Shown in pieces: positions 24,765-37,949 of a stretch of 64,000 bases of DNA. Position 1 is the first letter of the stretch, and the number at the start of each line of letters is the position of its first letter. The DNA lies in assembly GCA_013265495.1 (NCBI GenBank), contig MU058444.1:2542001-2606000 (forward strand), in the 5' to 3' direction. This DNA is from Vicugna vicugna. Taxonomy: Eukaryota. The notes beneath the pieces were generated by a model. That model saw only the letters and a list, made by a program, of their open reading frames with translations. It searched no databases and had not been told where the DNA came from. The translations under genes were made by a program, and so were the position numbers.

Positions 24765-25535
24765 GCAATTTTTTTGTTGTGGTAAAATATACATAAGATG
24801 TACCATCACAAGCATTCTGAAGTGTACGGTTGTGTGGGTTTAACTACACTTACAGCTGTCACTGCCCTTCATCTTGCAGAAGGGAAACTCCATGCCCGTA
24901 AGCAGTAGCTCCCCAATCCCGTCTCCCTCAGCCCCTGGTAACCACCCCTCTGTCTCCTGTCTGTGAATCTGACTACTCTAAGTACTTTGTGTAAGTGAAA
25001 TCATACAGCCTTTGTCTTTCTATGACTGGCTTATTTCACTGAGCATTATGTCCTCAGATTTCATCCAAGTTTCCTTCCTTCCTCTTTAAGGCTGAATAGT
25101 GTTGCATTGGGTATATAATGCCCCATTTTGCTTATCCATTTACAACTGATGGACTCTTGGGCTGTGTCCACACTTTAGCTATTGTGAATAATGCTGCTAT
25201 GAACAAGGGTATAGAAATATCTCTTTGAGACATTGGGACCCTCATTTCAGTTCTTATGAGTATATACCCAGAAGTAGCATTGCTGGATCATAGGGCAGTT
25301 CTATTTTTAATATTTTGAGAAACCTCCATGCTGTTTTCCACTTGGACTGCACCATTTTACATTCCTACCAATAATGCACAAGGGTTCCCGTTTCTCTCCG
25401 TCCTTGCCAACGCTTGTTATTTTCTGGTTTTTGTTTTGATAGTAGCCCTCCTAAAGGGTGTGAAGGGGTATCTCATTGTGGTTTTGATTTCCATTTCCTT
25501 AATGGTTAGTGATGTTGAGAATCTTTTCATGTGCT
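24765..25535 (-). mobile_element. L1 3' end (L1MA/MB-like)
   Basis: tatgactggcttatttcactgagcatt...gctattgtgaataatgctgctatgaaca...tatacccagaagt...attgctggatcat...gatgttgagaatcttttcatgtg. Confidence 0.85.
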
Positions 25536-27099
25536 GTAGCCACTACATTTTAAAAGTAATGAAAATTAATAAAATTAAGTAGCCAGAGAAGTGTAGTCTT
25601 TAAGTCACATATTTTGTTCAGACCTAGATTTAAAGATGATTTTGTAACTCTGTTGTTACGCTGAATCATAATACGTTCAGTTTCATTTTAAGACAAAATT
25701 GTTTTCTCTATTGAAGACTGAAAGGCATCAAATTGCCTGGTAATAAACTTTATAATAAAATCAAGGGACAGCAACGCTCTCGGATAACTTTATTCTTTCA
25801 CCTTTCCTAACAAATGACTTTGTGAATAGTACAATAATGGTTTTTGTTAAATGATATTTAATATGCACTGAGACTGAGGAAAATCAGTGTCCACAAGTGC
25901 TGCAGTTCTCGTTGGGCCTGGAGGGTAATTGCGGCTGCCACAAGCACGCCCGGACGACTGCTTCCACCTGGCTTCGCGCAGTGTCCCTGTCTCCAGGTCT
26001 GACAACAGTGTGGTTTTAGGGTAGGAGTCGGTGGACCTTTCTGAGAATCTGACAGAAGCTTTCTGTGCCTCTTTCCCCCAGAATGGACATGCATTTACAA
26101 CATCACATACAATTTCAGGGGGTTTGTAGTTTCAAGGCTCCTAGTTACCAACCACCCAACCCACAAAACTCTCCTCTTTAGGGTGTGACCGAACTTCATA
26201 CTACAAGTAACATACAGTGAAAAGGTCTCTAATATTTAATCACGATTTTATATAAGCAGTGTGGTGATTTTTCAGGTTTTTAAAATATCCACCAAGCACA
26301 GACAAACTATGTAAGTTTGAACCTCTTATTTCTTTCTAACTTTTCAGAAATTGTGCATTGTCCAGGACGTGGTTTATTTATTACTCCTGCGTGAGCAGGA
26401 ACAATCTGCCGAATAGTGTCATGAGAATCAGTGATCATATGGTATCTTGTATCATATGGTTTCTTTGCCAACTTCTCAGTTAATTGAAGGTTTTTTTTCA
26501 GGAGGTAATACCTCAGTAGACAGGGATATTCGGAGGTTGCTGGTTCCGTACATGAATGTCCAGTCCCTTGGCCATAAGGTCTCACATCTCTGCTTGGTAG
26601 GGAGGGGACAGGTAAGTCGCTTTACTGCTGGCACTTTTTTTTAGATCTCTGACGTGGTTAGGGCAAATCAGTTACTCTGTAGCAAGCTGAGCCTTTGGAC
26701 CAAGTTTGGGACTTGAATGTGTCATGGTTTTTGCCCTTGATAAACTCTCTCTCCTTCTGTGCATCAGGGTTCCAGTACCAGTATTTTGATTACAGCTATG
26801 ATATATGTATAAATCCCTGTAGAGATACATAAAATATTAACCTGTCCTCAACTGACACCCTTGGTCCCCTTACCCTTCGTCTCAATTCTATTTTACACTG
26901 TACTCATTTTCCCTTTTTAAAACTTTGTCAAGATACATGGATCTTTTTTGGTGATCTTAATCAGAGGAACCAGGTAGACTTTTTCTTCTTTTAAACCTTT
27001 TACATTTTATTCACAAATATATGTTTATTCTAACTCAAGCCTCCTGTTTCAGAGATGCAGATATCCCTTGTCACTTAAGTGTTATTTTAAAGAAGGAAA

Positions 27100-27350
27100 A
27101 GGGAGCTAACCTTTATTGAAGGCCTACTACATGCCGGCCACCATTCTAGCTGCGTTTTATACTTGTAGTGCTTGAGGATGTTTAAACACATGTTTAATCC
27201 TCTTTGCAGCACTGTGAGGTAGGGTGTGTCAGATGGCCCCTGTCCACAGATGAGGGAGCAGAGGTCTGGAAAGGTTAAAGCAGGCCACCTGTGGCCACAC
27301 AGCAAGTGGTTCCCCGTCAGTGCTGCCGCGAAGGCTGAGGCTTTCACTGA
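27100..27350 (-). mobile_element. MIR SINE
   Basis: tttattgaaggcctactacatgccggc...tttaatcctc...ctgtgaggtagg...acagatgaggga. Confidence 0.65.
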
Positions 27351-29867
27351 CTCAGATTCCTGACGTTACGATGTAGAGAATCCAGCGTGAGTTGTTGGCT
27401 CTTACCGTGTCCTTGAAGAATGAAGGTCGTGAGAGGCATTCTGCTACAGACTAACGCCATTGCAGCGTATGAAGTGCCAAATACGAGAGTTTTTTTTTTT
27501 TTTAAATAACATTTAGGAAGATGGTTTTATATTTTGTTTTTTGTTTGTTTGTGTTCTGTGTTTTTTTTGTAGAAGATAAAAAGACTTGTTGGTTCTGGTA
27601 CTTCAAAAAGTAAGCTGGTTATGTGTCAGACATAGCCCAGGAAAGATTATCATTGTAAGTTCCCTGGGATCTTTTGTCTTGTAAGTAAACCGAGAAGCCC
27701 GTGTTCTGTTAGAAGTGCAGGCTCAGAGCGCACCTGAGTTAAAGGCGCCACGCCAACCCCATTTTTCATTTACCCCGTGGCCCCGCTCCCCGGCTTACGG
27801 TGTGTTGTACGAAGGAACAGGTGAACTATGCTGCTTGTTTTCACTTCCCTGGCTTACATTTTAGGTTGGTTGGTTTGCTTTTACTCTACAGAGTGCTGGA
27901 TTATTGCCCCTGCTTAAGCCACGCTGTGATGACTGAACTGCTGGGTTACCGTTCTCCGAGATTTCATTAGTGACCACCGTTGGTTATATGAAATACTCTG
28001 TAGGCTCTTAAAGATCTGTTTATATAATAACTCGACCATATCTTGTAGCTTTGTTCAAGAACGTTGATTTATGTAAGATTTTCTTTTTAAAAACACAGTT
28101 TTGTGAATTCAGTTGTTGATAGTCCTTCAGAAATGAAACATCTTCCTTCCAATGCTGTGTAAAGTACGACCTTTCCTAGAATAGTAGTCCTTGGGTAATG
28201 CAAGGGCGAACTTGAGCATAGGCTGTCGTGAACTAGTGAATTCCAATTGAAAACAGACTGTCCTATGCTTCAAGATAATTTTTGTTGCCTCTGAATGCTC
28301 TCTTGGACTGTCTGATTCATGGCCCAGGAACTCTGTTGTATCTGTTTCGTTTGAGTCTTCATTGTGGAATGAATGGTGTGGAGGCGTTAAGGATGGTTGG
28401 TATCTGTCAAGTCATACCAATTACACAGGTTTGTAAGGCCATCTTGGAAGTTGAACATTGATGTTCATTCACCCACGCTGTGGAAGTGAGGACGGTTGAA
28501 GCAGTGTCATGCTCTGTTGAATAGGCACTATATAAAGTAATTGTTGAACCTAATTCTCAGCGCCTATCTGGCTGTTGTTAGCTCAGCCTGTTAATGAGAC
28601 TACATAGGTTGTTGCTTTGGGTGCCATCCTAAAAATCTATATGATGCAACTAAGTCTGTGCAAGGTGTTGAAAATAGGAAAGAATATTCATGATTTTCTC
28701 TGTTCTACAGGTGGGGCCAATTGAGGCAAAGGAAACCTTTAAAATATTTTGCAACCTAGTATCAAGCTAATCTTTTTGCTTCAGACCTGCAGTTGTGCCC
28801 TAGGCCTTGTCTGCAGCGATGAGTTGTTCAGGCCGGTTACAACATGCTGCTCTCCCCTGGCCTGGACTTTGAGTGTAATTACAGAACCCCTGGGTATTTT
28901 CTCTTTGTTCCTAATGTTTTAAGACTTAATTTGTTGTTCTTCAAACTGTAAACATAATGTTTCTTATTTCCCTAAAACACAACTTGAAAGATTCAAAGTT
29001 GTAGGTGTATATAACAGATTGTAGAAAAGCAGTTGTTTTTGTAATAAATTTTTGTGGCAGAAGGAATATAAGGGAAATTCAGCTATTTTTATTTACAATG
29101 ATAAATCTTTAATTTTTAAACGTATATTTAGTTTTTACATATTTTCACAGAAGCAGATATGTCCATGTGATTGGTGTACAGTTATTTAAACCCTGATTTG
29201 GTCACTGGTGTATAGCGATTTCAGTGTAGTTAAAGTGATAAGCCCAGTACTAGGTCCCTGATGGTGCCACGAGCATATGTTAAGTGACTTTCGTAATCCG
29301 TGTCAGTGATGTCATTAATTTAAAGCCTTTGGTTTCTCATTAGGAAGCATGTAAAGACCTGAGATGTGTCTGTGCCTGGCAAGGACACTGGGAACATAAA
29401 TCTGTGGTTTCAATAGAGATGAAGGTGTATGATTTTCAAAATATAGGAAAATTTTATCTGTCACCATTTAAAAATTTTTAAGATGATTTCATGCAAATGA
29501 AACTTTGGGATTTATTTGCTAGATCCAAATAAACATACTCGCTTTTTAAAATGTATACTTAAAAAAAATACTAGAATGTTATATTTTCTCAACATGCTAA
29601 GAACACTTTTTCAAATTTTTTTTTGAATGCAGAGCTAAAATTGAATTGCCTATTTCGTTTTTTTTTTTTTCTTGATTAAAGTAATATTTGGTAAGCATCA
29701 AAGAAAAAACACAAAACAAACCTATAGGGAACGTGGTGTAATACACATTGTAATTAGTCAGCTTGGGCACAGGAGCAGTCATTGAAAATAATACTGTTTT
29801 AGGATACGTAAATTGTGGCATGATAACTTTCAGAAATACATTTGCATTTATTGATTCTGCCTTGCAG

Positions 29868-29936
29868 AGTGTGACAGTGATGATAACCTGGGTGTAGAAA
29901 GCGCTTCAGTGGGAGAAGAATTCAGATCTGCAGAAG
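29868..29936 (+). CDS. ZNF451: ZNF451 coding exon 14
   Basis: ttgcag| ... |gtaacc; ECDSDDNLGVESASVGEEFRSAE; 69 nt, phase 1 to 1. Confidence 0.9.
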
Positions 29937-30405
29937 GTAACCTAATGGAGCCAGTCCTGTTCCCCTTTGACTGTGATTTCCCCCTCTCACCCTACACCCC
30001 CCGTCGCTCCCTCCCACCCCTGAGTTTGAAAAATAGTTGTTCTCTCAACTGAAGGGTAGTTTGCATTTTCTCATGGAAGATGAGCTAGGGGCTAGGACAG
30101 GAATCCGCGAGTCCACTGCCTGGGTTGGTAAATAAGGTTTTATCGGAGCCCAGCTGCACACTCTTGTTGAAGGATTGTCTGTGCTTTTGCTCCAGGGTGA
30201 GGGGTTGTGACACAAACAGTATAGATCCCCCCCATCCCACAAGCCAGCCTAAAATAATTATTTTCTGACCCGGGGTAGGAAAAGGTTGCTATCCCCTGGG
30301 AGAAGATTTGGGTTTTCCAATTTTTATTTCTTTTGAGTAGTATTAAATTAAAAATATTCAAAGTTATGCAGTGGAACTATGAAAACAAGCACTTATATCT
30401 GAATT

Positions 30406-30554
30406 GTGCATTTTTTATTTTTTAAAAAACTCTGGGGTTTTGTTGTTTTGGGGAAGAGAGGTAATTAAATTTAGTTATTTATGTATTTTTTTAGAGAAGG
30501 TACTGGGGATTGAACCCAGGACCTTGTGCATGCTAAGCATGCACTCTATATACC
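30406..30554 (-). mobile_element. tRNA-derived SINE of camelid (Vic-1-like) type with 14-bp target-site duplication
   Basis: ggtactggggattgaacccaggaccttgtgcatgctaagcatgcactcta (B box GGTTCAATCCC on the minus strand); direct repeats cttatatctgaatt at 30392-30405 and 30555-30568. Confidence 0.8.
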
Positions 30555-33199
30555 CTTATATCTGAATTTATTAATGAGCTTTTTCTATAAACTAAATTTT
30601 TTCCCTCTTCTTAAAGGAGAAGATATTCCCTTCTGTAGGTTAAAGAGAACTTTCTGTATTAACTTCACATCAAGTCATTTACTGGCTGACCACTATTTGG
30701 TTGTGTCATGTGTCCTTTTTTTACTTTGGTTTTTTCATAACAGACCGTGCTTTTTAATAACCATGGGGGAAAATGAAACAACAGGTTTTAGAAAGTACTT
30801 CAGCTTCACCGAAGAAGTTGAAGCTCTTCTGTCGGCATCTTTAACATTACAGGGTGACACAGGAGTGTTAATACACATTCCAGCGTGGTCTTTGCTGGTG
30901 GGGACTTGAGAGGTGTGTCTGCAGGAGCGCGGAGGGAGCTGCCCGCCAGTTGGTTCCAGCGCCGTTCTCTGCGCTGCCCTGTACCGCCGAGCAGCCTGCC
31001 TCAGAGCGCACCAGAGCCCGTGCTGTTAGGAGCTAGGGGCTTGAGTCTGGCACTGGAACTGATCCATCTATTCAATCAAGTAGAAAACTCTGATCTCTCT
31101 CTCATAGTCAGATTCACTGGCTGAGCAAAGTTGGCAGTACATTTACTACCTAATTGGAAGCAAGTTTTCTGACCAACTTGTTTTCCCAACATGGTCTGGT
31201 ACAGTGCTTATCATCCACATAATGGTGAGCTAAACAAATGAAAGCACTTTGGTGAGTTTTAAACAAAAACTGCCAGCTAAGTTGTTTATCGAGGCCACTA
31301 AAAGGTAAACACCATTGAGCATCTAAGTAGTTCAGATTTTGCAACCTTCATTTGCTACCTATGACTAATGCCTTGGAAAATGCCAGACAAAATTACAGCT
31401 TTTAAATAACCACCCTTGGGAATCCTTCACAGTTTTGTGGCTCCTAGCTAACCCAGGAAATCTGAGATGTGTTAACTCAATATATGCCAGAATTTCTAGC
31501 ATTTTGTTATCTGTGTGATATATTTTATGGTTGGGAGATTCTGAGAGTTTCCACATTTTCATCATTCTTTAGTTTGGAAAAAGGATGACCATGAAAGAAT
31601 TGGAGAAAAGATACTTTAAACTTTTAACTAGTTGCCATATGAAGTAGGGATATAATGCTCTAATTTCAAGAAAAGTCAAAGTGGTGAGATGTGCATGTTT
31701 TCTTTCATTTCCTGATGATTTTTGTCCAACGAGTGTGAGAAGCACATAGTGTTCCATTTGTAAGTTAAGGAGTATGGTCTTCTCTGTACTTCTCCTGATA
31801 CCTTCCTTTCCCCTCCTTTCACCCAACAGGAAGTAGCTCGAATATCATCTCTTATGTTGAACCATACAGAACTGCCACTTCTGCAGACAGTTTTGTATGA
31901 TCACTGCCTCTTAGATTTTCCATCGTTAGAAAGAGCTAACCACCTCTAGACTCACTCCGTATCATACCGAGCGGATTTAAACATTTTCTGTCCGCATCTC
32001 TCATCCCCACTAGATTATGAGTGCCACAAGGGGTGGGATCATGTTTTATTTCTCCTTATTTCAACAACACCTAGCACAATGTTTGGCACTAAATGATTGT
32101 TGAGTAAATAAACTTACAACAAACTTAGAACAGGTTAGAGATATCAGGGCCCATCTCCCTATAACTGAATAAGGGAAATTAAGACAGGTGCCATTTGGCT
32201 GGGAGAACACTGGGTGATTTTGTTGACCCTGCACTATGGAAGCAAAATGATGTTCTAAGTCCTGACCTGAGTTTTGAGCAAAACTTCTCAAATCTCTTCT
32301 CATCCCTTCCCTTCCCAACACAACACTTTAAAAGTCTGACAAATGGGTGGCAAAAGGCAAGAGGAATTTGCTTGTGGCTTTTTGCCTTGGGGACAGGCAG
32401 TTCCTCCCGTCGCCTCCCACCCCCACTCATTCTTTGTTCTCTGTAGACCAGTATCAGATTCTAACTACCCAAGACCATCATAAAGACCCTGTGTAATCTC
32501 AGCTCTGCTGCTTACAGGCTACGGAACGTTGGGCACGTCATTTCACTGTGTGTTAGTTTCTTCATTTTAAAATCAGGAATACTTGTCTACCTACCTTGCT
32601 AGAGAAGCCTGGCCCGTGGCAAGCAGTGTATGTATTGGTTGCTGCTGCTGTTACTGTGACTCTAATCATTACCGTAATTCCGTTAGCTGCATGTAAGGTC
32701 TGCTCTGGAAGTTTACATCCTCATAACAGGTATTCTGACTCCAATCACTGGGAGAGAAAGAAGACAGCATTATGTGTGTCCATCTTTCTGTAAATGTCAG
32801 CAATTTGCCTTAGAGCGCCTTCAGTTAATAGCAGTCATCAGTATTAACATCATAACATAAGCAGTAAAACTTCATACTGTAGCCAGTTTAAAAAATAAGA
32901 GAGACTAATGTGTTTATTTTTTACTTCAGTTAATGTTATGAAAAATGTAATACTTTCAAAGCGGCTCTTAACGACTTATGAGAGTCAGAATATTCCCATT
33001 ATTTCACATAAAAACTTAGTTTTTCAAACATGAAGTAATTTGCCTTCAGATTCACAGCCTCAGTATTATCGGAGCATGATTTGTATATAGGTTTTCTAAC
33101 GCCTGTTACTGGGTTCTTATTTTGTTACATGACCTCTCTTCAAAGAGAATGAAATTAAGGCAGAGAGAAGGGAGAGTAAGAGAAACACAGACTTAGCCA

Positions 33200-33257
33200 T
33201 AAAAAAGGAAACAAGGGTATGTTTGCCGTAAAAAAGGAAACAAGGGTATGTTTGCCG
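33200..33257. repeat. Perfect 29-bp tandem duplication (2 copies)
   Basis: taaaaaaggaaacaagggtatgtttgccg at 33200-33228 and 33229-33257. Confidence 0.95.
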
Positions 33258-33259
33258 TA

Positions 33260-36200
33260 AGTGTTCTTTATTCCTTCATACAGCTTTGAGTCACTGTCTG
33301 ATGTTCTTTCATTTCAACCTGAGGGATTCCCTTTAGCATTTCTTGTACAGCAGGTCTGCTAGTGGCAACCCCTCTTAACTTTTGTTTTTCTGGAAATGTC
33401 TTGATTTCTTCTCCATTCTTGCTAGATACAGATTTCTTGCTTTTTTTTTTTCTTTCACCACTTTAAATATGTCATCTCACTGCCTTCTGGCCTTCATGAT
33501 TTTTGATGAAAAATAAGCTATTAATCTCATTGAGAATCTCTTACATTAATGAGTTGCTTCTTTCTTGCTGCTTTTATTGATTTTGACTTTTCACACTTTA
33601 ACTATAGTGTGTCTCAGTGTGAATCTCTTTGAATTTCCCCTGCTTGGAATTTGTTGAGCTTCTTGAATGTGTGGATTCATATCTTTCATCAAATTTGGGA
33701 CATTTTTCAGCCATTATTTCTTCAAATATTCTTTCTGCCCTTTTCTTCTCTTTTTGGGACCCCATAGCATGGATCTTAGTCCATTTAATGATATCCCGCA
33801 GGTCCCTTAGGCTCTGCTTACTTTTCTTCAGTTTTCTTTCTATTCTTCAAACTGTATAAGTTGTCCTGTCTTCAAGTATGCTGATTCTTTTTTCTTTCCA
33901 CTTAAATTTGTTAAGCTCCTGTAATGAATTTTTAATTTATTCTGTCTCTTTATTGCTGCTCTCATTTTGTTCATACATTGTTTTTCTGGTTTCCTTTAGT
34001 TCTTTGTCCATGGTTTACTCAAGCTCTTAGAACATATTCAAGATAATTGGTTTAAAGTCTTTGTGTAGTAAGTTCAATGTCTAGGTGTCCTCTGGGACAA
34101 TTTAACTCAATTTTTTTTCCCCTCAGATGGGTCATACTTTCCTGTTTCTTTGTATTATTTGTGCTTTTCTTGTTGTTGAAGATTTGATATGTAAACATTA
34201 TAATGTAGTACCTCTGGAAATTAGATTCTGTCTCTTGCCCGGAGTTCACTATTCTTGTCCATTTGTTTAGTTACTTTTCCAAACTGTTTTTACAAAAACT
34301 GTATTCCTTTTTGTGTCTAGTCATTGGAGTTTTTGTTCTTTGAGCTTGTGTTCAGCTAGTATTTTGACAGAGATTTCCTTGAATACAAGGAGCTAAAAAA
34401 ACCAAAAAAAAAGTCCCTCCCAGGCTTTGCAGATTTGCTCTGTGCTGGGGCCCTTCAGCATTTAGCCAGGCTTGCACTGAGCTTTCAGATCAGCCAGTGG
34501 CGAAAGCTTAGTGTTTTCGCAGGTATTTTCTGAGCACGTATCCTGTCCTCATTATGTACCTGGCTGTTGTCCAGTACACATGAGTGCTTTTGAATGCCCC
34601 GATTTCCCTTATCAATTACTATAGTAGGAACAGTGAACTTCTGCATCAGTGATTGTAGGTGTATTTTTTTCTCTTTAGTTCTGTCACTTTATATTTTTAT
34701 ATTTTGAAGTTCTGTTTTTAGTTGCATATATGTTTCTGATGCATCTTTCTAATGAACTGATCTGTTTATCATTATGATATTATGAAATGTTCTTTATCTC
34801 TGTAATACCTTTTATCATGAAATCTTTTTTATATGATATTAATATAGCCACTCAAGCTTTCTTATGCTTAAAGTTTACACAGTATATATTTTTCTGTCCT
34901 TTTACTTTCAGTCTATTTTTGTCTTTATTTTGAAACTGTGTCTTATACAGACACCATAAAATTCATTCTTACTTTTTGATTTACTCTAACAATCTCTACT
35001 GTTTAATAATGGATTGTTTAGCCCATTAACATTTAATGTAATTTCTTACGTGGTTGGATTCCTGTCTGCCATTTTGTTTTCTCTTTGTCTCTTCTTTTGC
35101 CTCTTAGCTGTCCCTTTCTTGCCTTCTTTTGGATTATTATAATATTTATATTTTCTCCATTATATTTACTATTTATATTTATATTTAATATTATAGTATG
35201 TACTGTTTTATCTATTGGCTTTTTTTAGCCCTTTAATTTTTACGGTTGATATAAAGGTTACAATATATATTTTTTGCTTTTGTTATAAACTCTAAAAGAA
35301 AATGTTATTTTGTGAGTTTGAAAGAAAGAAAAGGAGGAATATATAGTCGTTTATATTTATCCATGTAGTTACCCATTTCCAGTGACTTTCATTCTCTCCA
35401 GTAGATTACAGTTTCCATCTGGTATCATTTTCCTTCAGCCTAAAGAACTTCCTTTCTTTTTTATGTAATACAGTTTTGCCAGTGTTGAATATTCTGTTTT
35501 CGTTTACATGAAAATATCTTTACTTTCTCTTTAATTTTGAAGGATATTTTCTCTGGCTTTGGAATTCTGGCTGACTAGTATCTTTTCTCTTCAGCACTGT
35601 AAAGATGTTACGCTGTTATCTTGTGGCCTCCACTGTTTGTCACAAGTAACCGTGAGTTGTGTTGTATTTATCCTGCTTGGAGTTGTCTTGGCTCCTTGCA
35701 TCTGTAAGTTTATTGATTCCCTCCAGTTATTTTGGCCCACTTTCTGTCTCTCTCCTTTTCTTTTGGAACTCCAATTAAACATTTGTTAGGCAGCTTAAAC
35801 TTATCCACAGATTTTTTCATTTTCTTCTGGTATCTTTTTTCTCTGTTCTTTATTTTGGGGAATTTCTATTGTTCAATCTTCAAGTTTATTATTGTTCAGC
35901 CTTCTACTGCCTCCAATGTTAAGCTGACCTAGTAAAGTTTCCATTTTAAATACTGTATTTCTCAGTTCTAGAATTTCCATTTAGTTTTTAAAAATAGTTT
36001 TCATTTCTCTGTTGAGATTTCCCATCCACCAACCTTAAGTCCTTGAAAATATTTATAACTTTTCTAAAATCCTTTTTCTGCTAATTCCAACAGCTTGATT
36101 ATCTTGGGGGGTTAGTTTCCTTTGACTACTCTTCTTGAATGTGGGTCACATTTCTTGTTTCTTTGCAAGTCAAGTGATTTTTTTTTTTAATGTATACTGG

Positions 36201-37000
36201 ATATTGTGGATGCCTACTACAGATTCTCCGAATTCTGTTAACTTCATATGAGGAACATTGGTCGTTTTTTCCCTTATAGGCAGTTAATTTGCCAGACTCA
36301 AACTCCAAACTCTGCCTCCTCCACAGCAGGCATCAGCTAAAATTATTTTCTTCTTTTAGCTTTCCAACTGTTGTTTTTCATTGAGAATCTTGGCTCCTCT
36401 CTTGTGTCTGCACAGTTTAGGAGTCAACCAAGGATCTGTAGATTTGGAGGACCCCCTTCTGATACTCTCTCATTTCTGCTGGAATCTCTTCCTTCTCCAG
36501 TCCTCTGCCCCTGTGCCGCCTCCCCTCCCCCGCCCCCCACGGCTTCTCTTCCCAGCTTCTCTGTAAGACCCAGATTCTGTTTTTAACTCCTTGAGCCACA
36601 AAGAGCTTGGCTTCCCTGGGGAAGGTCTGCCATATTGTTTCACAAGGATTTAGGAATGCCCTAAGGCAAAAACCAAAACAAAACCGTAAAACTACAAAAT
36701 CAACCCTGTGCGATTCACTTCTTTCAGTGATCAACTCCTGTCCTGTTTCTGCTTGATTTTTGTTGCTCTTCAGTGCCTTAGAATAGTTTATAATTGTTAT
36801 CTGTGGGGGAGTTAATCCGATATAAGCTACTCCACTGTTACTGGAAGTGGAACCATTTAGTTGGTTTTGTTTTTTATCTAGTCTTTTAACTGGCAAGTTT
36901 AATTTGTATAAATTCACTGCAGATATTAATATTTTTGTATTTATTTCTACTATTTTATTCTTAGCTTCCTCTTTTTGTTTTTTAAGCATGTTGTCCATCT
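33260..37000 (-). mobile_element. Cluster of old L1 fragments
   Basis: T-rich plus strand with L1 antisense signatures (tcatcaaatttgggacatttttcagccattatttcttcaaatatt; gatattaatatagccactcaagctttctt). Confidence 0.7.
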
Positions 37001-37193
37001 CTATGCGACAATAAGAGGACTCTAGAACACTTCACCTCCGATCCTTTCCCCTACCTTACATGCTGGTATTCTCCAGTATTTTGATTCTCCATGTATGTGT
37101 ATGTGTATAGTATAATGACACAAAAATTGTACAGAACACCTTACAAAGCAGGTGACCATCTTTCAGGTTAAAAAAAATAGAGCATTACCAACA

Positions 37194-37607
37194 TACTGAT
37201 TTCCTAGGGCCACTGTAACTAAGTACTACAAACCAGGTGGCTTAAAACAAGAGAAATTGTCTCACAGTTCTGGAGGTCAGACATCCAAGGTCAAGCTGTT
37301 GGTGGGGCCATGGTCCCTCTTCTCGCTTCCTTCTGATTAATGGCAACGTAGACATTCGTCGGCTTCTAGGTGCATCACTCTAATCTCTGCCTCATTCATC
37401 ATGAGGCCATCTTCTGCCTGTGTGTCTGTGTTTGCATGGCATTTTCTTCCAGTGAGGACACCAGTCATAATTGAATTAGGGCTCATGCTCGCTGCCTCAT
37501 TTTACTTTGATTACACCTGCAAAGACCCTATTTCCAAATTAGGTCACGTTCTCAGGTACCAGGGGTAAGAAGATATCTTTTAGGGGGACACAGTTCACCC
37601 TATAACA
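37194..37607 (-). mobile_element. MLT1 (MaLR) solo LTR
   Basis: tttcctagggccactgtaac...ggtggcttaaaacaa...ctcacagttctggagg...aggacaccagtcat...tgcaaagaccctatttccaaa...ggggacacagttcaccctataaca. Confidence 0.85.
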
Positions 37608-37737
37608 ACCAGTGCCCTGGAAGCATCCCTCTCGTTCCATTTTCCAGTTACTTCCCTTGCATTCCTTCCCACATCTGGAAACACTAGGTCAGTAGTGCTT
37701 GACTTTGAACTTTATCTAGAAGGGCTCATATAGGCCA

Positions 37738-37933
37738 TTCTGTCCAATAGAATTTCCTGTGATGATGAAGATGTGCTATATCTGCACCAGTATGGTTGCT
37801 AATAGTTACACATGGCTATTAAGCACTTGAAATGTGGTTTAACTGAGGAACTGAATCTTAAATTTTATTGAATTTTAATTAATCAAAATATAAATAGCCA
37901 CATATAGTCAGTGTATCATATTGGACAGCACAG
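37738..37933. mobile_element. MER3-like hAT-Charlie fossil
   Basis: ctgtccaatagaatttcctgtgatgatg...cacatggctattaagcacttgaaatgtgg...tattggacagcacag (inverted termini). Confidence 0.8.
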
Positions 37934-37949
37934 GTATGGTCTGTATTTT

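Noticed and set aside
36417..36998. 193-aa minus-strand ORF
   Set aside because: Within old L1 fragments; begins with an L1 endonuclease-like remnant (ISAVNLYKLNLPVKR); no splice or gene context
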